Notes under the pieces: generated by a model
Told to the model about the DNA's origin: nothing
The model's database searches: none
Seen by the model: only the letters and a program-made list of their open reading frames with translations
Shown here: piece by piece, positions 1 through 8,782 of the stretch
Layout: every line of letters begins with the position of its first letter
Position numbering within the stretch: the first letter of the stretch is position 1
Source of the DNA: Candidatus Nanopelagicales bacterium
GTDB taxonomy: Bacteria; Actinomycetota; Actinomycetes; S36-B12
Assembly: GCA_012103605.1 (NCBI GenBank)
Contig: WLWL01000003.1
Span: forward strand, 10,315-74,314
Direction of reading: 5' to 3'
Length of the DNA: 64,000 bases
Program-made: the position numbers and the translations under genes

Positions 1-1101
1 ACGACTAGCTTCACTCGTGAGTCGGTGGCGGCGCCCCATCCTCGCCACGACGTCTGCGCCGAAGTAGGCCGCCTCGAGAGCGATGTTCACGGTGTCGTCG
101 GCAATCTCTGTCGTGGCCCCACCCATCGTTCCTGCCAGACCAATGGGTCCACGATCGTCACGGATCGTCAGGTCGTCGATCGACAGCGTGCGCTCGACAT
201 GGTCGATCGTCTCCAGCGACTCTCCCGGCTGCGCACGACCGGCACGCACTGTCCCCTGCAACGCGTCCAGATCAAAAGCGTGGAGCGGCTGCCCTAGTTC
301 GAGCATCACGTAGTTGGTGATGTCGACCGCAAGCGACACCGATCGCATGCCGCAATCCCGGAGGCGATTGCGCATCCATTGCGGCGTGGGTGTGTGCGGA
401 TCGATGCCTGTGATGGTGCGCAAGGTGAACAATGGGCATGCGTCGAGATCATCCGAGGCGCACGCCGCGGGTACGCGGTCGTCCGCAGGCCCCGGGAGGG
501 TTTCGGCGCGGTCCACGGGATCGTGGAAGTCCACGCCGTAGGCGATCGCAACTTCGCGCCCGATGCCGCGCAGGGATAGCGCGTACCCGCGGTCGGGAGT
601 GATGGCGATGTCCAGAACGTCGTCTCCCACGCCGAGGATCTGCGACGCGTCGGCGCCGGCCTCCGCCGTGCCCTCGGGCAGCACGATGATGCCCGCGTGA
701 TCATCACCTAGACCGAGTTCACGTTCGGAGCAAATCATTCCGTTGGAGACGTGACCATAGGTCTCGCGAGCCGTGATCGTGAAGTCACCCGGCAGCGTTG
801 TTCCGGGCGGAGCAACTACCACGAGATCGCCCTCGGTGAAGTTCTGTGCTCCGCAGATGATCCCGCTCGACTCACTGGCCCCGATGTCGACCTGACACCA
901 CCGGATTGGCTTCTTGAACTCGGTGAGTTCCTCGATTTCCCGCACGTGACCGACGACGATCGGTCCCCTAAGGCCAGCACCGACGGTGTCGACGGTTTCG
1001 ACCTCGAGTCCGGCAGAAATCAAGCGCTCGGCAACATCGCGTCCTGATTGGTCGGCCGGAACATCAGCGACCTCCCGGATCCACGACAAGGGAATGCGCA
1101 T
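1..1101 (-). CDS. pheT: phenylalanine--tRNA ligase beta subunit, N-terminal 367 codons (gene continues past the left edge)
   Basis: Not in the ORF track because no stop lies in-window. I checked that the minus-strand frame from ATG 1101..1099 has no stop down to nt 1. It reads MRIPLSWIREVADVPADQSGRDVAERL..., a canonical PheT N-terminus. Its ATG shares one base with the pheS TGA (TGATG). Confidence 0.9.
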   Translation of the reverse strand, partial: MRIPLSWIREVADVPADQSGRDVAERLISAGLEVETVDTVGAGLRGPIVVGHVREIEELTEFKKPIRWCQVDIGASESSGIICGAQNFTEGDLVVVAPPGTTLPGDFTITARETYGHVSNGMICSERELGLGDDHAGIIVLPEGTAEAGADASQILGVGDDVLDIAITPDRGYALSLRGIGREVAIAYGVDFHDPVDRAETLPGPADDRVPAACASDDLDACPLFTLRTITGIDPHTPTPQWMRNRLRDCGMRSVSLAVDITNYVMLELGQPLHAFDLDALQGTVRAGRAQPGESLETIDHVERTLSIDDLTIRDDRGPIGLAGTMGGATTEIADDTVNIALEAAYFGADVVARMGRRHRLTSEASR

Positions 1102-2210
1102 CAGGCGTCCACCCCGAATGCGGTCGTGAAGCGCACGTCACCTTCGACCATGTCGCGCATATCCATCACGGAGTTCCGGAACATCAAGGTGCGCTCGATT
1201 CCCATGCCGAAGGCGAAGCCCCGATACACGTTGGTGTCGATTCCGACCGCCGCCAAGACACGAGGATTGACCATGCCGCAGCCGCCCCACTCGATCCACC
1301 CCTCGCTCCCGCAGGTCCGGCAGGCGCGCGAGGTGTCACCGACGGAGGCACCGCGACACACGAAGCATTCGAGATCGACCTCGGCGCTCGGCTCAGTGAA
1401 CGGGAAGTACGAAGGGCGAAGTCGGGTCACAATCCCCTCACCGAACATCTGCCGAGCCAGGTGATCCAACGTTCCCTTGAGGTCGCCCATGGTTAGGCCT
1501 TCGTCCACCGCCAAACCCTCGATCTGGTGGAACACCGGGGTGTGGGTCGCGTCGAGTTCGTCGGTCCGGTAGACCCGTCCAGGCGCCACGACGTAGATGG
1601 GCAGCGGACGCTCCAGCATCGCGCGAATCTGAATGGGTGACGTCTGCGTTCGGAGCACCACACCGCTGTCGGCTGACTCGACGTAGAAGGTGTCCTGCAT
1701 GGTGCGCGCCGGATGATCCGGTGGGACGTTGAGCGCATCGAAGTTCGCCCACTCGGCCTCGGCCTCTGGTCCTTCGGCAATGTCGTACCCCATGGAGATG
1801 AAGACATCGGCCATGCGTTCCATGAGCGTGGTGAGCGGATGTCGACCTCCAACGGCGGCACGACCCACGGGCAGGGTGATGTCGACTGCTTCGGACTCGA
1901 GCACTCGCGCATCACGCTCCCGCGTGAGAACCACCTCGCGTTCTCCTAGCGCGCTCTTCACGGCAGCACGGGCTTGCCCCACCCGCTTTCCGGCGTCGGC
2001 TTTCGCGGCCGGGGGCAGCGCCCCGATCTCCCGGTTGGCCAGAGCTAAGGGGGATCGATCCCCCGCATGCGCCAGGCGGGCCGCCTTCAGGGCATCCAGA
2101 TCGTCGGCTGCAGCGAAGGCCGCGCGAGCGTCCGCCACCATCGCTTCGACCGCATCAACGTCGAGGGACGCGACCTGCTTGGGATCGAAATTCGTGTTGG
2201 GACCAGACAT
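1101..2210 (-). CDS. pheS: phenylalanine--tRNA ligase alpha subunit
   Basis: 369-aa ORF with class-II aaRS PheS motifs (FDALNVPPDHPARTMQDTFYV, PSYFPFTEPSAEVD, GFAFGMGIERTLMFRN). It lies directly upstream of pheT. Confidence 0.96.
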   Translation of the reverse strand: MSGPNTNFDPKQVASLDVDAVEAMVADARAAFAAADDLDALKAARLAHAGDRSPLALANREIGALPPAAKADAGKRVGQARAAVKSALGEREVVLTRERDARVLESEAVDITLPVGRAAVGGRHPLTTLMERMADVFISMGYDIAEGPEAEAEWANFDALNVPPDHPARTMQDTFYVESADSGVVLRTQTSPIQIRAMLERPLPIYVVAPGRVYRTDELDATHTPVFHQIEGLAVDEGLTMGDLKGTLDHLARQMFGEGIVTRLRPSYFPFTEPSAEVDLECFVCRGASVGDTSRACRTCGSEGWIEWGGCGMVNPRVLAAVGIDTNVYRGFAFGMGIERTLMFRNSVMDMRDMVEGDVRFTTAFGVDA

Positions 2211-2236
2211 GAGACGGTCAGTATCCCAGGAACGCT

Positions 2237-4096
2237 CTATTCGCCGAGGACGGCCCGCGCCAGCGTGTCCACCTGGGTGTCGAGGTCACCGGCACCGTCG
2301 AGAACCACGTCGGCGTTCTCTGGAGCCTCGTAGCTCTGACCCATACCCGTCATGTTCGGCAGATTCCCTGCTGCTGCCTTCGCATAGAGGCCCTTCGGGT
2401 CGCGCTCAGCACACACCTCTACCGGAGTGTCAACGAACACTTCGAGGAAGTCACCCTCGTCGAACAACGCAGCCGCGGCCTCGCGATCGGCTCGATACGG
2501 CGACACCAGTGCGACGAACACCACGAGCCCTGCGTCGCTCATCAAGTTGGCGACTTCCGCGACGCGGCGAACGTTCTCCGCTCGGTCTTCCGCGGTGAAT
2601 CCGAGGTCCTTGTTCAGCCCTGTACGAACGTTGTCGCCGTCGAGAACGTATGTATGGACGCCCATGGCGTGCAGTCGTCGAACGGTCGAATCTGCAATCG
2701 TCGACTTGCCCGAGCCCGGTAGGCCGGTCAACCAGACCACGCGACTGGGATGTCCCATCAAGGCGGTGCGGGCCTGATCTGTGACGTCATACTCGTGGGG
2801 AACCACGTTGAAGGCGCGACGCATGGCGTGCCGCACCAGCCCAGCCGCCACGGTGTCCGCCGTCACTCGATCCACCAGCAGGAAACCACCGGTGTCCCGG
2901 CACCTGTCGTAGGCATCCATCGGGATGGGACGGTCCGTGGCAACTTCGACTCGGCCGATGTCGTTCATCTCAAGTACTCGGGCGGCGCTCTCGTGCCCGG
3001 ACACGACATCGAGTCGGTGGCGAACGTTCGTTACCGTCGCGGGAACCGAGCGGGAGCCCGACACCAAAAGGTAGGACCGACCATGGGCCAGGGGCTCTTC
3101 ACCGATCCACACCATGTCGGCGGAGAAACGGTCTGCTGGCTGCAGGGACGTGCCATCGGGATCCTTCCCCGCCAGCACATCTCCGCGGGTGACGTCGACC
3201 TCGTGATCGAGGGTGATGGTCACCGCCTGGCCGGTGACGGCTGATCTGACACCGCCCGAGCGGTCCCCGTCGTAGGTGACGATCCGGTCCACTCGCGCCG
3301 TTCGCCCCGAATCAGCAACGGTGACCTCGTCGCCAGAGGAAATGGAGCCCGAGACAACCGTTCCCGCGTAGCCACGGAAGTTGCCCTCCGCGCGAACGAT
3401 GAATTGCACGGGGAAGCGAAAACCGGACATCTCCTGTCCGACCGCGGGCTGCCAATCGGACAAGAACTCCAGCAGGGTGGGGCCGGAGTACCACGGCATG
3501 CTCTGCGAACCACCGGTGACGTTATCCCCGGCGAACGCACTCATAGGGATGGCGGACACCTGTGCAACACCCAGTCGAGTCGCGGTCGCCCGCACCGTAG
3601 CGACGATGTCGTCGAAGGCGGCCTGTTCGTAGTCCACCAAGTCCATCTTGTTCACCGCGATGATGACCGTCGTAACTCCCATCAGGGCACAAACAGTCAA
3701 GTGCCGGTGTGTTTGCGGACGAACACCACGGGCGGCGTCGACGAGCAGAATCGCAACGTCGCCGTTGGAAGCAGCCACCGCCATATTCCGGGTGTATTGC
3801 TCGTGCCCCGGCGCATCGGCGATGAGTACCCGCCGACCGTTGGGCAGATTCATGTGTCGATAGGCCACATCGATGGTGATGCCTTGTTCGCGCTCGGCTT
3901 CGAGGCCATCGGTCAGCAAGGAGAAGTCGACTTCGCCGATCGGGATCGTCGAACCGCCCCGACGCGTCGTGCGGGCGTATTCGAGTTGGTCGACCGGGAC
4001 AGAGTCGGTTTCGGCCAGCAGACGGCCGATCAGCGTCGACTTCCCGTCGTCGACGGAACCGCAGGTCACCAGGTGCAGGACCGGGGTTGCCTCCAT
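2237..4096 (-). CDS. cysNC: bifunctional sulfate adenylyltransferase subunit 1 (CysN GTPase) / adenylylsulfate kinase (CysC)
   Basis: 619-aa ORF. The N-terminal GTPase domain has GSVDDGKST, DAPGH and NKMD. The C-terminal APS kinase has the P-loop GLPGSGKST and DGDNVRTGLNKDLGF. The start overlaps the cysD stop (TAATG). Confidence 0.95.
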   Translation of the reverse strand: MEATPVLHLVTCGSVDDGKSTLIGRLLAETDSVPVDQLEYARTTRRGGSTIPIGEVDFSLLTDGLEAEREQGITIDVAYRHMNLPNGRRVLIADAPGHEQYTRNMAVAASNGDVAILLVDAARGVRPQTHRHLTVCALMGVTTVIIAVNKMDLVDYEQAAFDDIVATVRATATRLGVAQVSAIPMSAFAGDNVTGGSQSMPWYSGPTLLEFLSDWQPAVGQEMSGFRFPVQFIVRAEGNFRGYAGTVVSGSISSGDEVTVADSGRTARVDRIVTYDGDRSGGVRSAVTGQAVTITLDHEVDVTRGDVLAGKDPDGTSLQPADRFSADMVWIGEEPLAHGRSYLLVSGSRSVPATVTNVRHRLDVVSGHESAARVLEMNDIGRVEVATDRPIPMDAYDRCRDTGGFLLVDRVTADTVAAGLVRHAMRRAFNVVPHEYDVTDQARTALMGHPSRVVWLTGLPGSGKSTIADSTVRRLHAMGVHTYVLDGDNVRTGLNKDLGFTAEDRAENVRRVAEVANLMSDAGLVVFVALVSPYRADREAAAALFDEGDFLEVFVDTPVEVCAERDPKGLYAKAAAGNLPNMTGMGQSYEAPENADVVLDGAGDLDTQVDTLARAVLGE

Positions 4097-5001
4097 TAGA
4101 AATACCCCTCGGCTTTCTTGGATTCCATCGATCCGCCACCTTCGCCGTCGATGAGTCGACCGGCCCGCTCGGAGATTTTCGACTCCTCCATCTCCGCGAT
4201 CAGGGTCGGCAGATCGTCAGCGGTGGACTCGACTGCCCCCGTCAGCGGATAGCAGCCCAGGGTGCGAAAACGCACCGATTTCATCTCTGGCGTCTCGCCT
4301 TGCTCGAGCGGGTAACGATCATCGTCGACCATGATCCAGGTGCCATCTCGTTGCACGACGGGGCGTTCTTTGGCGAAATACAAAGTCGGAATCTCGATCC
4401 CTTCACGCTCGATGTATCGCCACACGTCCAGTTCCGTCCAGTTCGAAAGAGGGAACGCGCGCATGGTTTGACCCTCGGCCAAAGCCGTGTTCGCGGTCCT
4501 CCAGAACTCGGGGCGTTGCTTTCGCGGATCCCACCGGTGCCCGGGCTCCCGCAGGCTAAAGATTCTCTCTTTGGCTCGGCTGCGCTCTTCATCCCGCCGC
4601 GCTCCACCGATGGCCGCATCGAATCCGTAGTGGTCCAGCCCCTCACGAAGGGCAACCGTCTTCATAATGCGCGTGTACTCGTGCGTTCCATGACTGAAGG
4701 GGCTCACTCCATCTGCTACCGCCTGCTCGTTCGTGGCGATGCGAAGATCAAGGTTGAGTTCTTGCGCACGTCGATCGCGAAACTCGATCATCTCGCGAAA
4801 CTTCCACGTTGTATCGATATGCATGACGGGAAAAGGCAGTGGAGCGGGGTGAAAAGCCTTCAGCGCCAGATGAAGAAGCACCGAGGAGTCTTTGCCGATG
4901 CTGTACAGGAGAACAGGGTTGCGAAATGCAGCCGCCGTTTCTCGATAGATGTGGATCGCCTCCGATTCCAGTTCATCGAGAACCGCGCTATAGGCGACCA
5001 C
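4096..5001 (-). CDS. cysD: sulfate adenylyltransferase subunit 2
   Basis: ORF track 4096..5034. CysD hallmarks are present: [44 protein letters not shown] and the C-terminal KKAEGYF. The in-frame GTG at 5001 is preceded by GGGAGGAG plus 5 nt and gives an E. coli-like N-terminal length. The GTG at 5034 has no Shine-Dalgarno. Confidence 0.93.
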   Translation of the reverse strand: MVAYSAVLDELESEAIHIYRETAAAFRNPVLLYSIGKDSSVLLHLALKAFHPAPLPFPVMHIDTTWKFREMIEFRDRRAQELNLDLRIATNEQAVADGVSPFSHGTHEYTRIMKTVALREGLDHYGFDAAIGGARRDEERSRAKERIFSLREPGHRWDPRKQRPEFWRTANTALAEGQTMRAFPLSNWTELDVWRYIEREGIEIPTLYFAKERPVVQRDGTWIMVDDDRYPLEQGETPEMKSVRFRTLGCYPLTGAVESTADDLPTLIAEMEESKISERAGRLIDGEGGGSMESKKAEGYF

Positions 5002-5082
5002 TGCGACTCCTCCCACTTGTGTGCACGCGTCCACGCCGGCACGCGTGGGGCTTGATGGTAATCCCGAACACTTCGACCAGGC

Positions 5083-5949
5083 TCAAGCCTCGGACAAGAC
5101 TTCCTTCTCTCCCTGAACGGCCATGCTCCCATCACCGAAGCGCGGGTCCTCACCCTTGGCAGCCAACGCCGCAGCCCGGGCCTGTCGCTTGGATTCCGCC
5201 AGTGCCTCGCCTTCGGCCGCCACATGCTCATCGATCGGATGGTTATCAATGCTCGTGCGGGGATGCCTTGCCGCGATCCACTCATCGAGCTCAGGGCCCG
5301 ATTCATAGGACGTGATCAAGCAGTACCTCGGCTCGTTGCCCGGATGCCACACCGCGTGGTAGAAGCTTTGCGTGTCGATGACGACCTGCTGCCCGGCCGG
5401 CATCGGAATGCGCACCTCCGTCGTCGGGTCGTCCTTGTCTGAGCGCAAGATCATGACGGACGCGGAGTCATCGGTGAGATTGAAGAAGGCGCGCACGATC
5501 CATCCCGTTCCTTCGGGATTGAGACGGTTGTTGTCGTCTCTGTGCAGGTTGTAGAGGGCTTCGCCATAGGTGTTCGGCCGCAGCTCGATCACGCGGCAGC
5601 GTCCGACGTTCGCTCCGGGCTCGAGCGCACGCCGGGTAAGGATCGGTGCGATATCCACGTTCTCGGTGACCCACACACCGTCCTTGTCTGTCTTCGGAGG
5701 TGTGTGATTCCAGAACCCGTTGCACTCCATGTCGCCGTAGGCGCTGGCAAGGGGCGCGAAACGCGTATCGCCGGAGGACTTCCAATCGACGTAGACAAGG
5801 TCTTCCCACTCCCGCGGATCGGATGCCTGGTCGTAACTGTCCACGACCACGTATCCGGTTTCCTCCATGACGGGGAGTACTCGGTATCCGTCCTTCTCCA
5901 TCGCGTCGTTCCCTTCCATCCGACAGCATGTCCGCCAGACCCGCTCCAT
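5083..5949 (-). CDS. hypothetical protein, cupin / Fe(II)-2OG-oxygenase-like (Asp/Asn beta-hydroxylase-like pattern); function unknown
   Basis: 288-aa ORF with non-repetitive, acidic, globular-looking composition, in a gap between trmH and cysD. Motif pattern: LHRDD (HxD), then FYH 60 residues after the first His, then R 10 residues later (HAVWHPGNEPRY). Flanking pattern: VRAFFNL...GQQVVIDTQSFYH. The likely real start is ATG 5901 (GGAAGGG 9 nt upstream). The family call is by pattern only. Confidence 0.55.
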   Translation of the reverse strand: MERVWRTCCRMEGNDAMEKDGYRVLPVMEETGYVVVDSYDQASDPREWEDLVYVDWKSSGDTRFAPLASAYGDMECNGFWNHTPPKTDKDGVWVTENVDIAPILTRRALEPGANVGRCRVIELRPNTYGEALYNLHRDDNNRLNPEGTGWIVRAFFNLTDDSASVMILRSDKDDPTTEVRIPMPAGQQVVIDTQSFYHAVWHPGNEPRYCLITSYESGPELDEWIAARHPRTSIDNHPIDEHVAAEGEALAESKRQARAAALAAKGEDPRFGDGSMAVQGEKEVLSEA

Positions 5950-6003
5950 CCTCGCACCCGATCTTGGCGGACTCGGGGACGCAACCGGGTGTGTCAGTAC
6001 GGG

Positions 6004-6795
6004 CTAGATCACACCTTCCCCTGCGTACAAGGCGATGGCGACGCAGATGGCGGCGTTCAGGGACTCCACCGAAGCAGCCATGGGAATCCTCGCCGTCCAC
6101 TCGACGGCCTGGAGAAGCTCGGTCGATACGCCGTGAGCCTCTGAGCCGACGATCCACACCCAATCGTCTCGGGTGATGCCACGATCCGCGCCCGACGTCA
6201 CTGCCGCGACCACGTCGACCTGCGCTGCTCCGTGGAGTGCTATTGGTGTCCGCCCGCGGGCAATAACGTCGATCACCCCATGTTCTTCCAGACCTGTCAC
6301 CACAGGCAGGCGAAAGATCGACCCAGCACTGGCGCGGACAACCTTGGGGTTCCAGGCGTCCACCGACCCCTCTGTCGTTGCGACCCCGGCCGCCCCGACC
6401 GCCTCGGCCGTTCGAATGATGGTGCCGAGATTTCCCGGGTCTGAGATGCGATCGCACACCACGATGGGGCCACGCCGCGCGACAACGCTGTCGGCAGTCG
6501 TCGTGGGAAGCGTGCACTGCGCAACGATTCCCTGTGGTGTCGCTGCATGCCCGATCGCAGCCACGACCCGCTGGGTTGCCACGTGGAAAGGAATACCGAG
6601 ATCGAGAACTCGATGCATCAGGGGGTGGTCCTCGACTCCGACGACTTCGACGACCTCAATCCCAAGACCTGCCTCGAGGGCCGCCGTTACGCAATCCGGA
6701 CCCTCGGCCAGAAAAGATCCCGACCGCAGTCGACCTTTGCGTTCGTGAAGACGACGAAGCCGGGCGACGTGCTCGGACCTGGTACTGGTCAGCAC
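6004..6795 (-). CDS. TrmH/SpoU-family RNA 2'-O-methyltransferase (TsnR-like)
   Basis: 263 aa with SpoU motifs DRISDPGNLGTIIRTAEA, IVGSEAHGVS and IPMAASVESLNAAICVAIALY. GGGAGGA precedes the GTG start. It sits after rplT, the usual position in actinobacteria. Confidence 0.9.
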   Translation of the reverse strand: MLTSTRSEHVARLRRLHERKGRLRSGSFLAEGPDCVTAALEAGLGIEVVEVVGVEDHPLMHRVLDLGIPFHVATQRVVAAIGHAATPQGIVAQCTLPTTTADSVVARRGPIVVCDRISDPGNLGTIIRTAEAVGAAGVATTEGSVDAWNPKVVRASAGSIFRLPVVTGLEEHGVIDVIARGRTPIALHGAAQVDVVAAVTSGADRGITRDDWVWIVGSEAHGVSTELLQAVEWTARIPMAASVESLNAAICVAIALYAGEGVI

Positions 6796-6852
6796 ACGTC
6801 CTCCCGGCTTCGGCAGGTGCTTGGTTACACGTGGTTGATAACGCGCGCTTGA

Positions 6853-7221
6853 TTACGCGGCGGTCGCGGGAAGGGCTCCCCTGGCGACGTCGACGAGTGC
6901 TGCGAACGCGTCTGGATCGTTCACCGCCATTTCGGCGAGCATGCGACGATCCACTTCCACATCCGCGGCCTTCAAACCTTGAATGAATCGGTTGTACGTC
7001 ATCCCGTTGGCACGAGCTGCCGCATTGATGCGTTGGATCCACAGTCGACGGAAATCACCCTTGCGGGTGCGACGGTCTGCATAGGCGTAGACCATCGAAT
7101 GGGTGACCTGCTCCTTGGCCTTGCGGTACAGCCGTGAGCGCTGACCCCGATACCCCGAGGCCCGCTCGAGAACCTCGCGACGCTTCTTTTGTGCGTTAAC
7201 CGAACGCTTGACGCGTGCCAT
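6853..7221 (-). CDS. rplT: 50S ribosomal protein L20
   Basis: 122 aa, [38 protein letters not shown]..., downstream of rpmI. Confidence 0.98.
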   Translation of the reverse strand: MARVKRSVNAQKKRREVLERASGYRGQRSRLYRKAKEQVTHSMVYAYADRRTRKGDFRRLWIQRINAAARANGMTYNRFIQGLKAADVEVDRRMLAEMAVNDPDAFAALVDVARGALPATAA

Positions 7222-7254
7222 GGCGTCCTCCTAATCCTGGTTGAACGGTGCGCT

Positions 7255-7449
7255 TTAGCGACCGAGGAGCTTGTTGACCTTCTTGGTGTCCGCTTTGGAG
7301 ACGGGATCGTCGGCCATCAGCCGACGGGTGCGCTTGCTGGACTTGCTCTCCAGTAGGTGTCGCCGGTTGGCCTGCTCGTGCGTGAGCTTGCCGGATCCGG
7401 TGACCTTGAATCGCTTCTTGGCACCGCTGTGCGTCTTCTGCTTGGGCAT
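7255..7449 (-). CDS. rpmI: 50S ribosomal protein L35
   Basis: 64 aa, [22 protein letters not shown]... GAAGGAGGAGGG lies upstream of the ATG. Confidence 0.98.
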   Translation of the reverse strand: MPKQKTHSGAKKRFKVTGSGKLTHEQANRRHLLESKSSKRTRRLMADDPVSKADTKKVNKLLGR

Positions 7450-7549
7450 GAGGCCCTCCTCCTTCTTCGCGAGCCTGCTGGTGACTCGTCGTCTTCTTCT
7501 TGACTTAGGTCTGTTGTTGTCGATCTTTGCTCGTTAGTCCGTTAACGCT

Positions 7550-8128
7550 CTAGGCGTCTACGTCCGCGTCGTCATCGACCTTCGACTCGGCTTCCGCTTT
7601 GCGCGATGCATCCGACTTCCGCCTATGTGGCGCGAGAACCATCAGCATGTTTCGACCATCTTGCTTGGGATTGGCCTCCACGAACCCCAACTCCTCCACG
7701 TCTTCGGCGAGACGGGCGAGCAATCGAAGCCCCAACTCCGGTCGACTCTGCTCCCGACCGCGGAACATGATGGTGATCTTGACCTTGTCGCCTGCCTTGA
7801 GGAAGCGCTCCACGTGACCCTTCTTGGTCTCGTAGTCGTGCTGGTCGATCTTGGGTCGAAGCTTCATCTCCTTGATGATGGTGTGCGTCTGGTTCTTGCG
7901 GGATTCGCGTTCCTTCAGTGCTGCCTCGTACTTGAACTTGCCGAAGTCCATCAACTTGCACACCGGCGGCTTTGCCATGGGCGCTACTTCAACGAGATCA
8001 AGATCGGCTTCCACTGCGAGACGGAGGGCGTCTTCGATGCGAACGATGCCCACCTGCTCACCGTTGGGTCCGACGAGGCGAACCTCGGGTACGCGGATCC
8101 GGTCGTTAATGCGTGTTTCGACGCTGAT
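7550..8128 (-). CDS. infC: translation initiation factor IF-3 (probable non-canonical ATC start)
   Basis: The ORF-track frame 7550..8185 contains [29 protein letters not shown]..., typical IF-3. The only strong Shine-Dalgarno (GAGGAGG, 8133..8139) is 4 nt upstream of the ATC codon at 8128. The in-frame ATG 8146 and GTG 8185 have none. The resulting N-terminus aligns with the mycobacterial [20 protein letters not shown]. Confidence 0.9.
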   Translation of the reverse strand: MSVETRINDRIRVPEVRLVGPNGEQVGIVRIEDALRLAVEADLDLVEVAPMAKPPVCKLMDFGKFKYEAALKERESRKNQTHTIIKEMKLRPKIDQHDYETKKGHVERFLKAGDKVKITIMFRGREQSRPELGLRLLARLAEDVEELGFVEANPKQDGRNMLMVLAPHRRKSDASRKAEAESKVDDDADVDA

Positions 8129-8362
8129 AGCGCCTCCTCGCGTCATTCGTCGGGCTGCTGCGCCGGTTGGCGAAGCCGTCACCACTTCGCGGAGACGACG
8201 AAACCTCCGCTGCAGCGCAGACGGAGGCCCGGTGGACCGTCGGTGGGCATACAGCCACCGATGGTGGGACCCGATCGACCAGAAGTCGTCAGGTGGGAGA
8301 CGGGCTCCGCTTGCGCGATCCTGGGCAAGGCCCCGAATCGTGGAGATGACAGAGTATCAGCC

Positions 8363-8767
8363 GTGTCCGATCGCGCCTCCGCCTCCTCGAATGACGTACC
8401 GCCCGAGCAGGCGTCCCCTGAGGAGATGTCCGCAGGGTCGGCGGCCGGCCTGGATATCGCCGATGTTCCCGCCGTGGAGGTCGTGCTCACGGTTGCCATG
8501 CACCTGTTGACCGCATCCGCCGTCGCCTGCGGTTTGGCAACCAACGACGACGGCTCCCCGCGGGAGGCAGATCTGGCCGAGGCACGGGTTCTGATCAATG
8601 CCTTGGCCGCCTTGGTCACCGCGAGCGCACCGGATCTCGGGTCTATGCACGCCGCGCCGCTGCGAGACGGGCTCACCACCGTGCAGCGAGCGTTCCGTGA
8701 GGCTTCGTCGATTCCCGATCCTCCCGGCGAAGGTCCCGGCGAACGGTGGACGGGCCCGATCACATAA
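8363..8767 (+). CDS. DUF1844-like small protein, function unknown
   Basis: This is the C-terminal part of plus ORF 7625..8767; the upstream part is antisense to infC and is not credible. The sequence ...VPAVEVVLTVAMHLLTASAVACGLA...ADLAEARVLINALAALV... matches my recollection of the DUF1844 family, which sits divergently next to infC in actinobacteria. The start is uncertain (GTG 8363 or ATG 8426). Confidence 0.6.
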   Translation: MSDRASASSNDVPPEQASPEEMSAGSAAGLDIADVPAVEVVLTVAMHLLTASAVACGLATNDDGSPREADLAEARVLINALAALVTASAPDLGSMHAAPLRDGLTTVQRAFREASSIPDPPGEGPGERWTGPIT

Positions 8768-8782
8768 CCGCATCACCGCGGG

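Noticed and set aside
2237-4096. Whether the 619-aa GTPase ORF could be an elongation-factor paralogue or a NodQ-type nodulation gene rather than cysNC.
   Set aside because: It is preceded by an overlapping cysD and carries a complete APS-kinase domain. CysN-CysC fusions with this layout are the standard actinobacterial sulfate-activation enzyme.
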